From: a virus
Taxonomy: Duplodnaviria > Caudoviricetes
Length of the DNA: 24,157 nt
Strand: one strand, 5' to 3'
Virus record (IMG/VR): IMGVR_UViG_3300006919_000434
Span: 1-24,157 of that record
Below, piece after piece: positions 7,637 through 15,211 of the stretch (positions within the stretch are counted from its first letter, which is position 1; every line of letters begins with the position of its first letter). The notes under the pieces are model-generated. The model made no database searches, was not told the DNA's origin, and worked only from the letters and a program-made list of their open reading frames with translations. Position numbers and translations under genes: made by a program.

Positions 7637-10600
7637 AGAGCAACAATTAGACCAGCTCCTTGCCATCAGGGAGCTGGAGAATAGGGGTCGAGGCGACGCA
7701 GCCAGAGCGATTCAGGAAAGCGGAAAGATACCTGATGACCTTGAGTACGGCGAGTTCGTAAAGGCGGCTAGGGCTGCCTATGGTCCAGCAGCGTTCTATG
7801 CGGCAGGCGGCAGGGATATTCTGCCTTACGTCTACGATTACCTCAAAGAAACGTCAATTGAGGATATAGGCGAAGATGTCTATAACTTCGGCGCAGGCGT
7901 TGCTCAAGACATCAAAGAGAACCCGCTTAGAACAGCGCTGGACTTCGTACCTTACATCGGCGCTATTGCCGGAGGCGGTGAGTCTTTTATCCTTGCCGAG
8001 CAAACACGCAAAGCCGCTGAGCGAGCTAAGGCAGCCGGTGACACAAAAGAATACGAGAAGCTTAGAGCTCTAGCCGCATCAATGATGACCGGCGCTTTGA
8101 TTCCTGCATTCGGCAAGAGGGCCCCAGACAAGCTTGACATAATCCAGAAAAGTGATCGTTACAAGGATGTGCCAGCAGAGCAGATGACCCGCGAGATGCA
8201 GGCAGAAGCTGCAATGGATACGGTCAACCAAGCGCTGGTAGCAGACATAGATGAGTTTGTTCCTTTGGCTGGTGCGCCGAAATTTGAAGGCCCATTGGCA
8301 ATGGGTGGAGTCAATCTTCTAAATAATCGGTTCGCTATATTTTCAGCGGAAAGAGGTGATTTAACTCCAGAAGAAAACACAGAACGAACTAGGAAAATGG
8401 CTAGAGAGCTGTTGCTTGAGTTCGGTCCTGATAAAGTCTCAATGGTTAAAGGCGTTTACGGAAGTCCTGAGCGCTCTTTCATTGTCCAAGACATAGACCC
8501 AATAAAAGCCAGAAACTACGGCGACAGATACGATCAGGACTCTGTATTCACTGATCGTGGCCTGATTTATAGCAAGGGCAATACAGAAGGCTTGTACGGT
8601 CAAGGCGTTCCCATAAAGCCTCAGATAGACTCAATGGGCAGACCTCAATACAAGGCCATCATTGACCCAGACTCAACTAACTTTTTTACGGATATAACCA
8701 CAGCCAGAGGCGAGCCTATCCGGTTCAGGTTTGACTTAGAAGAAAATGAGATGTTCTCACTGCCTTCTGGTGACCTGACGCCATCTTCAACAACTGGTGT
8801 GCAGTTTAGCAGGCAGCCTAACATTACGACGGCAGACCCAAACTACTACGGGACCGGCGCAAGAGGCGAAGAATCAAATAGGATAAAGTACGAGGGTGCA
8901 CCGCTACGCACCTATTTCTACCGCCCAACCGGCGATCCGGCTGCGGTAAGGCCAGAAGCTATTGTCCCCAGCGATAACAGGTACGTTACTCAGCTGCGTG
9001 AACTCTATGACGTTCAGAGAGACCCAGAGGGCCTAAGATCGTTTTCCAAGGGCCCAACAGACCTAGAGCAGATGATTCAGTCTAGGGGCTACAGAGGGCT
9101 GATGTCTGACGAAATGGCAAACCCTAGTATGGGCAGAGAAGGCAGTGCGCTATCGTTCTATCGTGAGCCTGTCACAAGCCTTGATACTGCTACTGCGCTT
9201 GGAGGACTACCACCAACCCCGCCACCTCAATACATTCAAAAAAAGCCAGCAATTCAAGCTCTCGGCGGCGATCTTAATATAGATCCAAGGACGTTTAACG
9301 CGGGCGCTGGTAGCAATTCAGGCGTGGGCAGAACAAGAGACATGGACCGGATAAGAAATCTGCAAGTTCAGTATGAGGACCGCCGGCCGTCTCAAGACAA
9401 CATTATCAGACTGCAAGACTTTGAGGGCTATCCTTTCGTGCTCTCAATGTCAGACAGGAGCATGGCTGGCAACAGGATAGCCAACATTAACGGCATCCCT
9501 ATCGGCCATACCACAAGGGGCGGCATGGGCCATATGGGTGACCCGCTAAACGCTGATACTTTGTGGCGAGCTACAGAAGCCGGAGTGACCGGATCTAAGT
9601 CGTCAATACTTGATATGTCTAGGGCTTTGACAGGGCAGGGTGGTCCTAACCCGTTATTCCTACCTGTAAACATGAGCCCAACTGGCGGCGACTTCTCATC
9701 TCAGGTGGCAACGCCGATGCTCAAGTACAACAGAGCCAAACTAAGCGACGTTGACTTGGATGACATGGACGCAGATATTGCTGAAATAATTCCTAGCTGG
9801 AAAGGAATTAGAAACGATGAGTCATTGACTAATTTATACTCAGCAACCGGCGATCAGCGAAAAGCGGTACTAGACTTGCTAGATAAGAAGTACGCTCTTC
9901 GTGGCGGGTTAACCTTGGCTGAAGCCAGAACAGCTGCAACAGATACGCGCTTGCTTCAAGCTCCTGACGGGGCTGTTATCTCGGCTGGTCGACTAGATCC
10001 TGAGCGCGGTTATAGCTTGAGCCCTGAGTATGATGTCTACCCTGCCGGCGTTTACGGCAGCCCATTAGGCAACTTTGATCAGCAGTATCAAATGTTTGAA
10101 TTCTTGCCTGATATTGTTCAAGAGGGTGGATTCGATCCAATGCTGCCGCCACGCAATCAGCTCAGAAAGATCGAGACAGGAGCTATGGGCGGACGCATAA
10201 CTGAAGACATACTTCGAGGCATGGAGGATCGTAGAACGGCTCCTGTGTCTTCTGAGACGTTCTCAGGACCTACTAGACCTAAGTCGGCGCTAAATGATCT
10301 TCTTGATCCCAATAGAATCCCAGAAAAAACACAGACTGCTTATAAGTTATTCCGAACTGATGCTGAGGGTAATTTGTATCCATTGTTCGTTAACGCGAAC
10401 CAGAAGATACCAATGAATGAGTGGCTGCCGGCAGAAGCTGGAGAAATGACTGGAAATAAAGTGAAATCCAAAATAGGTCCTCTGGCATTTAGGGCTGGTT
10501 GGCACTCTGGTGATTTACCTATAGCTACTCATATTGGAGAAAAATACGATCCCGCTACAATGCAAAAAGACAAGACAATGAAAGCGCCGAACGTAAGGCC

Positions 10601-10907
10601 AGACAATCAGGTATGGGCTGAGGTTGAAATGCCCGCTGATTACGATTGGCAAACCGAAGCAATGAATAGAGCCGAAAGGACAAAGGCTGGGAAAATAATA
10701 CCGCGCACAGCTCACATTACTGACCAAGTTCCCTATGGCGGTCATTACAGGTACAAAACCAACCCTAATATGACTGGAGAATGGTTAATAGGTGGGCAAA
10801 TGAAGGTAAACCGCATCCTAAGTGATGATGAGGTCAAAAGGATAAATGATGCCGCTGGTGTAGCAGATCTGCCGAGATTGTCAGCGTTGAGAAATTTAGA
10901 GGATTAA
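7617..10907 (+). CDS. large multidomain (polyvalent) protein: N-terminal helical region, SAM-lyase-like domain, ART-like domain, two uncharacterised domains
   Basis: Open frame of 1099 codons from TTG 7608; GAGGA at 7603-7607 favours GTG 7617. Domains are recognised from motifs (see findings) and separated by Pro-rich linkers. Confidence 0.85.
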   Translation: MPLPLAKEQQLDQLLAIRELENRGRGDAARAIQESGKIPDDLEYGEFVKAARAAYGPAAFYAAGGRDILPYVYDYLKETSIEDIGEDVYNFGAGVAQDIKENPLRTALDFVPYIGAIAGGGESFILAEQTRKAAERAKAAGDTKEYEKLRALAASMMTGALIPAFGKRAPDKLDIIQKSDRYKDVPAEQMTREMQAEAAMDTVNQALVADIDEFVPLAGAPKFEGPLAMGGVNLLNNRFAIFSAERGDLTPEENTERTRKMARELLLEFGPDKVSMVKGVYGSPERSFIVQDIDPIKARNYGDRYDQDSVFTDRGLIYSKGNTEGLYGQGVPIKPQIDSMGRPQYKAIIDPDSTNFFTDITTARGEPIRFRFDLEENEMFSLPSGDLTPSSTTGVQFSRQPNITTADPNYYGTGARGEESNRIKYEGAPLRTYFYRPTGDPAAVRPEAIVPSDNRYVTQLRELYDVQRDPEGLRSFSKGPTDLEQMIQSRGYRGLMSDEMANPSMGREGSALSFYREPVTSLDTATALGGLPPTPPPQYIQKKPAIQALGGDLNIDPRTFNAGAGSNSGVGRTRDMDRIRNLQVQYEDRRPSQDNIIRLQDFEGYPFVLSMSDRSMAGNRIANINGIPIGHTTRGGMGHMGDPLNADTLWRATEAGVTGSKSSILDMSRALTGQGGPNPLFLPVNMSPTGGDFSSQVATPMLKYNRAKLSDVDLDDMDADIAEIIPSWKGIRNDESLTNLYSATGDQRKAVLDLLDKKYALRGGLTLAEARTAATDTRLLQAPDGAVISAGRLDPERGYSLSPEYDVYPAGVYGSPLGNFDQQYQMFEFLPDIVQEGGFDPMLPPRNQLRKIETGAMGGRITEDILRGMEDRRTAPVSSETFSGPTRPKSALNDLLDPNRIPEKTQTAYKLFRTDAEGNLYPLFVNANQKIPMNEWLPAEAGEMTGNKVKSKIGPLAFRAGWHSGDLPIATHIGEKYDPATMQKDKTMKAPNVRPDNQVWAEVEMPADYDWQTEAMNRAERTKAGKIIPRTAHITDQVPYGGHYRYKTNPNMTGEWLIGGQMKVNRILSDDEVKRINDAAGVADLPRLSALRNLED

Positions 10908-11077
10908 TCGGCACCAGCTAAAAGCCGGACCTTTTCTTCTATTTCTTCTTGTATCTCTTCGCACTCTTCAAACTCACCATAAGCGTGAGCAAGGATTGCT
11001 TGATTTACAAGGCTAACAATATCGTCGGCTATCTGATCAGGATCATCGGTTTCAAATAAGTCTATGATCTTATTCAT
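10904..11077 (-). CDS. 57-aa acidic protein (not in the ORF track)
   Basis: MNKIIDLFETDDPDQIADDIVSLVNQAILAHAYGEFEECEEIQEEIEEKVRLLAGAD*. AGGTG RBS-like sequence and a promoter lie upstream. Its stop overlaps the stop of the large gene (TTAA, 10904-10907). Confidence 0.75.
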   Translation of the reverse strand: MNKIIDLFETDDPDQIADDIVSLVNQAILAHAYGEFEECEEIQEEIEEKVRLLAGAD

Positions 11078-11105
11078 GGTTACACCTGTAGTTAGTGTTT
11101 GAAAG

Positions 11106-11135
11106 ATTATACCTATATATTGATTTTTTTGTGAA
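11106..11135 (-). promoter_or_regulatory. sigma70-like promoter for the antisense ORF
   Basis: On the minus strand: TTCACA (11135-11130), 18-nt spacer, TATAAT (11111-11106). Confidence 0.6.
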
Positions 11136-11150
11136 TATGTTATAATTCAC
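11120..11150 (+). promoter_or_regulatory. extended -10 promoter for scaffold/coat, inside an inverted repeat
   Basis: TGT-TATAAT at 11138-11146 and TTGATT at 11120-11125. Dyad GTGAAT-N8-ATTCAC at 11131-11150. Confidence 0.6.
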
Positions 11151-11198
11151 GCAGGCCACCAGACCTTCTCTGGGCAATTTACCTGTAAGGGGCACAAT

Positions 11199-12029
11199 AT
11201 GAGCGAGCTGCAACCAGAAGACAACTACGCGTACGAATCCGAGGACGACGTAACCACGGAGACAGAGGTAGTAGAAACTGAAGATTCTGCGGAGGCGCAG
11301 GATTCCGATTCAGCACCGGAGACTGAGGATACTCAGGATAAACAGGTCAAGTTCGACGAGCAACAGCAACGCATATTTGATGAGGCTGTAGGTAAGAAGG
11401 TATTCAAGCTCAGAGAGAAAGAGCGAGAAGCTGAAGCCTATAAAAAACAGCTTGAAGAATTGCAGGCGAAGCTCGGCGAGAAGCAGGCCCCAAAAGTTCC
11501 TGACTTGCCAGATCCTTTTGCGGTATCAGAATATGAATATCGCCAAAGTCTGCAAATGAGGGAGAAGGCCCTGCAAGATGCTGCTAGGTATGAATTTGAG
11601 CAGCAAGCAATTCGGCAGCAGCAAGAACAAATGCGGCAGCAGGAATTGTTAAAGCAGCAGGAAGAGCTAACAGAAAAGGTAAGCTCTTACTCTAAGCGGG
11701 CAACTAAGTTAGGTATCTCTTCGGAGGAACTACAAGAAGCAGGAAACACGGTGGCGCAGTTCGGCATAGACGAGTCACTGGTTAATGTGATTTTAGAAGA
11801 CGATTACGGTCCTCTGATCACAAAGTACCTGTCTAAGAACCCGCTTGAACTTGATACGTTGCGACAACTACCGCCAGCTCACGCAGCGGTAAGAGTAGCT
11901 ACATTAATCAAGGAGAAAGCTGCATCGCTTAAACCCAAGGTAAATAACGCTCCTGATCCTTTGGAGCAGCCACACGGCGCTGGTACGGCTCCCAAACCTA
12001 GAGGGCCAAAAGGTGCCACATTTGAATAG
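11199..12029 (+). CDS. capsid scaffolding protein
   Basis: Acidic N-terminus, coiled-coil middle, Pro-rich basic C-tail. Immediately upstream of the coat gene. AAGGGG RBS. Confidence 0.85.
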   Translation: MSELQPEDNYAYESEDDVTTETEVVETEDSAEAQDSDSAPETEDTQDKQVKFDEQQQRIFDEAVGKKVFKLREKEREAEAYKKQLEELQAKLGEKQAPKVPDLPDPFAVSEYEYRQSLQMREKALQDAARYEFEQQAIRQQQEQMRQQELLKQQEELTEKVSSYSKRATKLGISSEELQEAGNTVAQFGIDESLVNVILEDDYGPLITKYLSKNPLELDTLRQLPPAHAAVRVATLIKEKAASLKPKVNNAPDPLEQPHGAGTAPKPRGPKGATFE

Positions 12030-12043
12030 GAAGGTGATCCAGA

Positions 12044-13306
12044 ATGGCTAACAATCTTAATAGTAACGTAACTCGGAAAGTCGCTCGCGTCTTTCTTGAT
12101 GCTTTTGAGGCATCACGAGTTCTGACTAAGACTGTAAACACACAGCTCTTGTCAGGCAAATTCAACCCTGCATCGGGTTCAACTGTAGACTTCAAGCGTC
12201 CACACGACTACAACAGCATCCGTACTTCTGGCGGTGACATTAGCTCAAGCACTAAGAGCGACATCATTGCAGGTAAGGCGACTGGTACAGTTCAGGACTA
12301 CTTCACTGCCGCTACTGAGTGGGGCAATGTTGAGGAAGCGCTTGAGCTAGACCAACTCGATCAGATCCTTGAGCCAATGGCACGTCGCATTGTGACTGAC
12401 ATGGAGCTCGATCTTGGCGCATACATCCGCAAGAACGCCTCACTCAAGTATGGTACTCACGGCACTGCCGTTGATGCTTGGGGCGACGTTGCAGGTGCTG
12501 GTGCTTTGATGGATTCAGTCGGTGTTCCAATGTCTGACGAGAAGTACTACATCATGAACCCATTCACCACTACTGCGCTGTCTTCAGCTCAGAACGGTCT
12601 GAATGCGGCTGATGGCCTTGTTCGTACAGCGTGGGAAAAAGCGCAAATCTCTAGCAACTTCGGCGGCATGATGGCTCTTACATCTAACGCTCTGTCTAGC
12701 TACACTTCAGGTTCTACTACTGACCGTGCAGGCGCTTTGGCTTCTACTCCTGACGCAACTTACGTTACAGCTAAGGACACTATGACGCAGGTTCTGTCTC
12801 TGAACAACTTGGGTACTGGTACTATCAAAGCTGGCGACATGGTTACTATCGCAGGCGTTTACCGTCTGAACGTAGCAACTCGTGAGCCTATCCTTGATGC
12901 TGCTGGCAACCAAGTGCTTTGGACAGGTACTGTACTCGAAGATGTGACTATCGCTGGCAACGCTGCGACTATCACTGTCTCAGGTGCTGCTATCTACGAA
13001 GCAAATGGTCAGTACAACAACGTAAGCGCGGCTCCTACTAGCGGTGACGTTGTAACTATCCTTGGTGCTGCTTCAACTCTGTACCAGCCTAACCTCTTCT
13101 ACACGAAGCAGGCGTTCGGCATCGGTACTGTTAAGCTGCCTAAGCTCTACAGCACTGATACTATCGCTACTACTAGCGATGGATTCAGCATCCGCGTATC
13201 TAAGTACGCAGACGGTGACGCTAACACGCAGAAGATTCGTTTTGACCTTCTGCCCGCATACGCAACCTTTAACCCGCTCTTCGCAGGTCAAGGCTTCGGC
13301 GTATAA
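12044..13306 (+). CDS. major capsid protein, P22 gp5 family
   Basis: 420 aa starting MANNL, with GSTVDFKRP and C-terminal IRFDLL. Follows the scaffold gene, precedes a terminator, and has a strong RBS. Confidence 0.92.
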   Translation: MANNLNSNVTRKVARVFLDAFEASRVLTKTVNTQLLSGKFNPASGSTVDFKRPHDYNSIRTSGGDISSSTKSDIIAGKATGTVQDYFTAATEWGNVEEALELDQLDQILEPMARRIVTDMELDLGAYIRKNASLKYGTHGTAVDAWGDVAGAGALMDSVGVPMSDEKYYIMNPFTTTALSSAQNGLNAADGLVRTAWEKAQISSNFGGMMALTSNALSSYTSGSTTDRAGALASTPDATYVTAKDTMTQVLSLNNLGTGTIKAGDMVTIAGVYRLNVATREPILDAAGNQVLWTGTVLEDVTIAGNAATITVSGAAIYEANGQYNNVSAAPTSGDVVTILGAASTLYQPNLFYTKQAFGIGTVKLPKLYSTDTIATTSDGFSIRVSKYADGDANTQKIRFDLLPAYATFNPLFAGQGFGV

Positions 13307-13320
13307 CGCTAGAATGGAGG

Positions 13321-13341
13321 AGGGGGCTTCGGCCCCCTTTT
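13321..13341 (+). terminator. rho-independent terminator after the coat gene
   Basis: AGGGGGC-TTCG-GCCCCCT followed by TTT. Confidence 0.85.
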
Positions 13342-13348
13342 CGCTTAT

Positions 13349-13609
13349 ATGGCAAAACCACAGAAAGGCAAGGCCAAGGTTAAGGTCACAGCGTCAGGCA
13401 AGAAGGTCTCCTACGGGCAGGCTGGGAAAGCTAGTGACGGTGGACCACGAGTACGCGCTGGAACTAAGAAGGGCGACTCATACTGTGCTAGATCATTAGG
13501 GATCAAGAAACGATTGCCTAAAGACAAGCAGAACGATCCTAATACGCCAAACAACCTAAGTCGTAAGCGCTGGAAGTGTAAAGGCGCTAAATCAGCAAGG
13601 TACGAATAA
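13349..13609 (+). CDS. small basic protein (DUF6321-like)
   Basis: SYCARS...DPNTPNNLSRKRWKC resembles the recalled DUF6321 pattern. K/R-rich. Ends KSARYE. Confidence 0.75.
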   Translation: MAKPQKGKAKVKVTASGKKVSYGQAGKASDGGPRVRAGTKKGDSYCARSLGIKKRLPKDKQNDPNTPNNLSRKRWKCKGAKSARYE

Positions 13610-13767
13610 TGGCTGGACTGTACGAAAACATTCACAAAAAGCGTAAGCGCATCAAGCGGCAAAAGGCTGAAGGCAAGACTCCTGAAAGAATGAGGAAGGC
13701 TGGCTCAAAAGGCGCGCCTACTGCTAAAGCGTTTAGGCAATCAGCAAAAACAGCAACATTCGAGTGA
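13609..13767 (+). CDS. 52-aa basic protein (not in the ORF track)
   Basis: MAGLYENIHKKRKRIKRQKAEGKTPERMRKAGSKGAPTAKAFRQSAKTATFE*. TAATG coupling to the upstream gene. Confidence 0.85.
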   Translation: MAGLYENIHKKRKRIKRQKAEGKTPERMRKAGSKGAPTAKAFRQSAKTATFE

Positions 13768-13776
13768 GGTAATACC

Positions 13777-13893
13777 ATGCCAATGGTTAAAGGTAAGAAA
13801 TATCCCTACACGAAAGAAGGCAGAGCAGCTGCTGCTAAGGCTGCAAAGAAGCCTAAGAAGAAAGCAAAAGCTAAAGGAGCTATGTACGAGTAA
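13777..13893 (+). CDS. 38-aa Lys/Ala-rich protein (not in the ORF track)
   Basis: MPMVKGKKYPYTKEGRAAAAKAAKKPKKKAKAKGAMYE*. GAGGT RBS at 13766-13770. TAATG coupling to the next gene. Confidence 0.85.
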   Translation: MPMVKGKKYPYTKEGRAAAAKAAKKPKKKAKAKGAMYE

Positions 13894-14372
13894 TGGCTAC
13901 TGTCGCTCAGGTTGCAAAAGCATCGCTACAACGGATTCTGGTACAAGCGTCTGAAGCTCCTCTTGAGCCTGATGAGTACCAAGACTATATATTCGCTCTA
14001 AATAATTACATGGCTCAGCTAGATGCTCAAGGCATTAGCTTGGGTTATACGGAAGTGTCAGATTTAGGTGATACTGTAACAATTCCGACAGGTGCATTGC
14101 GCGGAGTTATTGCAAATATGGCAATAGAAGTCGCGCCAGATTACGGAGGCGTAGTCTCTGACGGACTGGTCCTAGCGGCCCGTCAAGGTATGCAGACTAT
14201 GCGAACCATTGGGCAGCGCATTAGAGCAAGCGCACTACCATCTACACTGCCTATCGGCTCTGGTAACGAAGATGAGTCTTGGGGCCTTAACGGACATTTC
14301 TACCCAGATGCTGAGGCTGAGATACTCGCCGAGACTACTGGCGCTATCGGTCTGGAGAACAATACGCAATGA
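13893..14372 (+). CDS. head-to-tail adaptor, P22 gp4-like
   Basis: 159 aa. NMAIEVAPDYG and LPIGSGN match recalled gp4-family motifs. Syntenic position. Confidence 0.85.
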   Translation: MATVAQVAKASLQRILVQASEAPLEPDEYQDYIFALNNYMAQLDAQGISLGYTEVSDLGDTVTIPTGALRGVIANMAIEVAPDYGGVVSDGLVLAARQGMQTMRTIGQRIRASALPSTLPIGSGNEDESWGLNGHFYPDAEAEILAETTGAIGLENNTQ

Positions 14373-15211
14373 CTACACGAGCACAAGGTCGTAAGAAAAG
14401 TGATTTCGTTGCTAAGACCACGGTTGAGGCTGGCGGTTATTTAGACTACGTTGTCAATGGGACTAACTACAAGATCAGCTACGACAACTTTGTTAGCGGT
14501 CTAGGTGTGACAGGATCTATAGTCCAAGACGGCGCGGTTACTGGTGCAGCAATCTTAGACACTCAGGGAACTGTAAACAACATCAGGAACCTTGAGAATG
14601 GATCAGGTATTATAGCTAACGTATCACCTGAGAATGGGGTGATACTGGCTCATAATTTCTCACAGGATGCTACAGGCGCTCCTATATTCCTAAACACCAC
14701 AGCAGACAGCCCTACGTTTGCAAGTCTGGTTGCTGGTAACGGAATAGGCATTACTTCTACTGACAGCTATGTCACTATTGCACAAGTAGGTGTTGCTGAG
14801 TACGCCAATGTAACTATGCACGGCAACTCTGACGAGACTGTAATCACTAGCACTGCTACGGCGGTAAAAGTAGCTGGGACATTTATAGTCGGAGATGAAG
14901 CAGGATACACAGGAGATACCACCGGCAGAATTACGCACACAGGTAATACTGCAAGGCATATCGTTAATGCGGTAGTTAGCATGACTGTAACTAGCGGAAC
15001 TAATCATCAAGTTTCGCTTTACATTGCTAAGAATGGATCAGTAATTCAATCATCCAAGACAACTACTACTACATCTAGCGGCCTTTACAGAAGTCTAGCT
15101 ACGTTTGTAAATATCATATTAGATGATGGTGATTACGTTGAATTATTTGTAAGGAATGAATCAACAACAGATAACATTGTTGTATTGGATGCTGTTATAG
15201 GGGCGTTCTAA
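14369..15211 (+). CDS. putative virion structural protein (beta-rich, C-terminal C1q/TNF-like knob)
   Basis: 280 aa rich in T/G/V/S, with LVAGNGIGIT and LDDGDYVELFV motifs. Coupled to both neighbours. Confidence 0.6.
   Translation: MTTRAQGRKKSDFVAKTTVEAGGYLDYVVNGTNYKISYDNFVSGLGVTGSIVQDGAVTGAAILDTQGTVNNIRNLENGSGIIANVSPENGVILAHNFSQDATGAPIFLNTTADSPTFASLVAGNGIGITSTDSYVTIAQVGVAEYANVTMHGNSDETVITSTATAVKVAGTFIVGDEAGYTGDTTGRITHTGNTARHIVNAVVSMTVTSGTNHQVSLYIAKNGSVIQSSKTTTTTSSGLYRSLATFVNIILDDGDYVELFVRNESTTDNIVVLDAVIGAF

Noticed and set aside
13062-13499. Alternative-frame ORF over the coat 3' end, as a possible T7-10B-like frameshift extension
   Set aside because: No slippery heptamer was seen near the coat stop, the frame crosses the terminator, and the translation is not protein-like.
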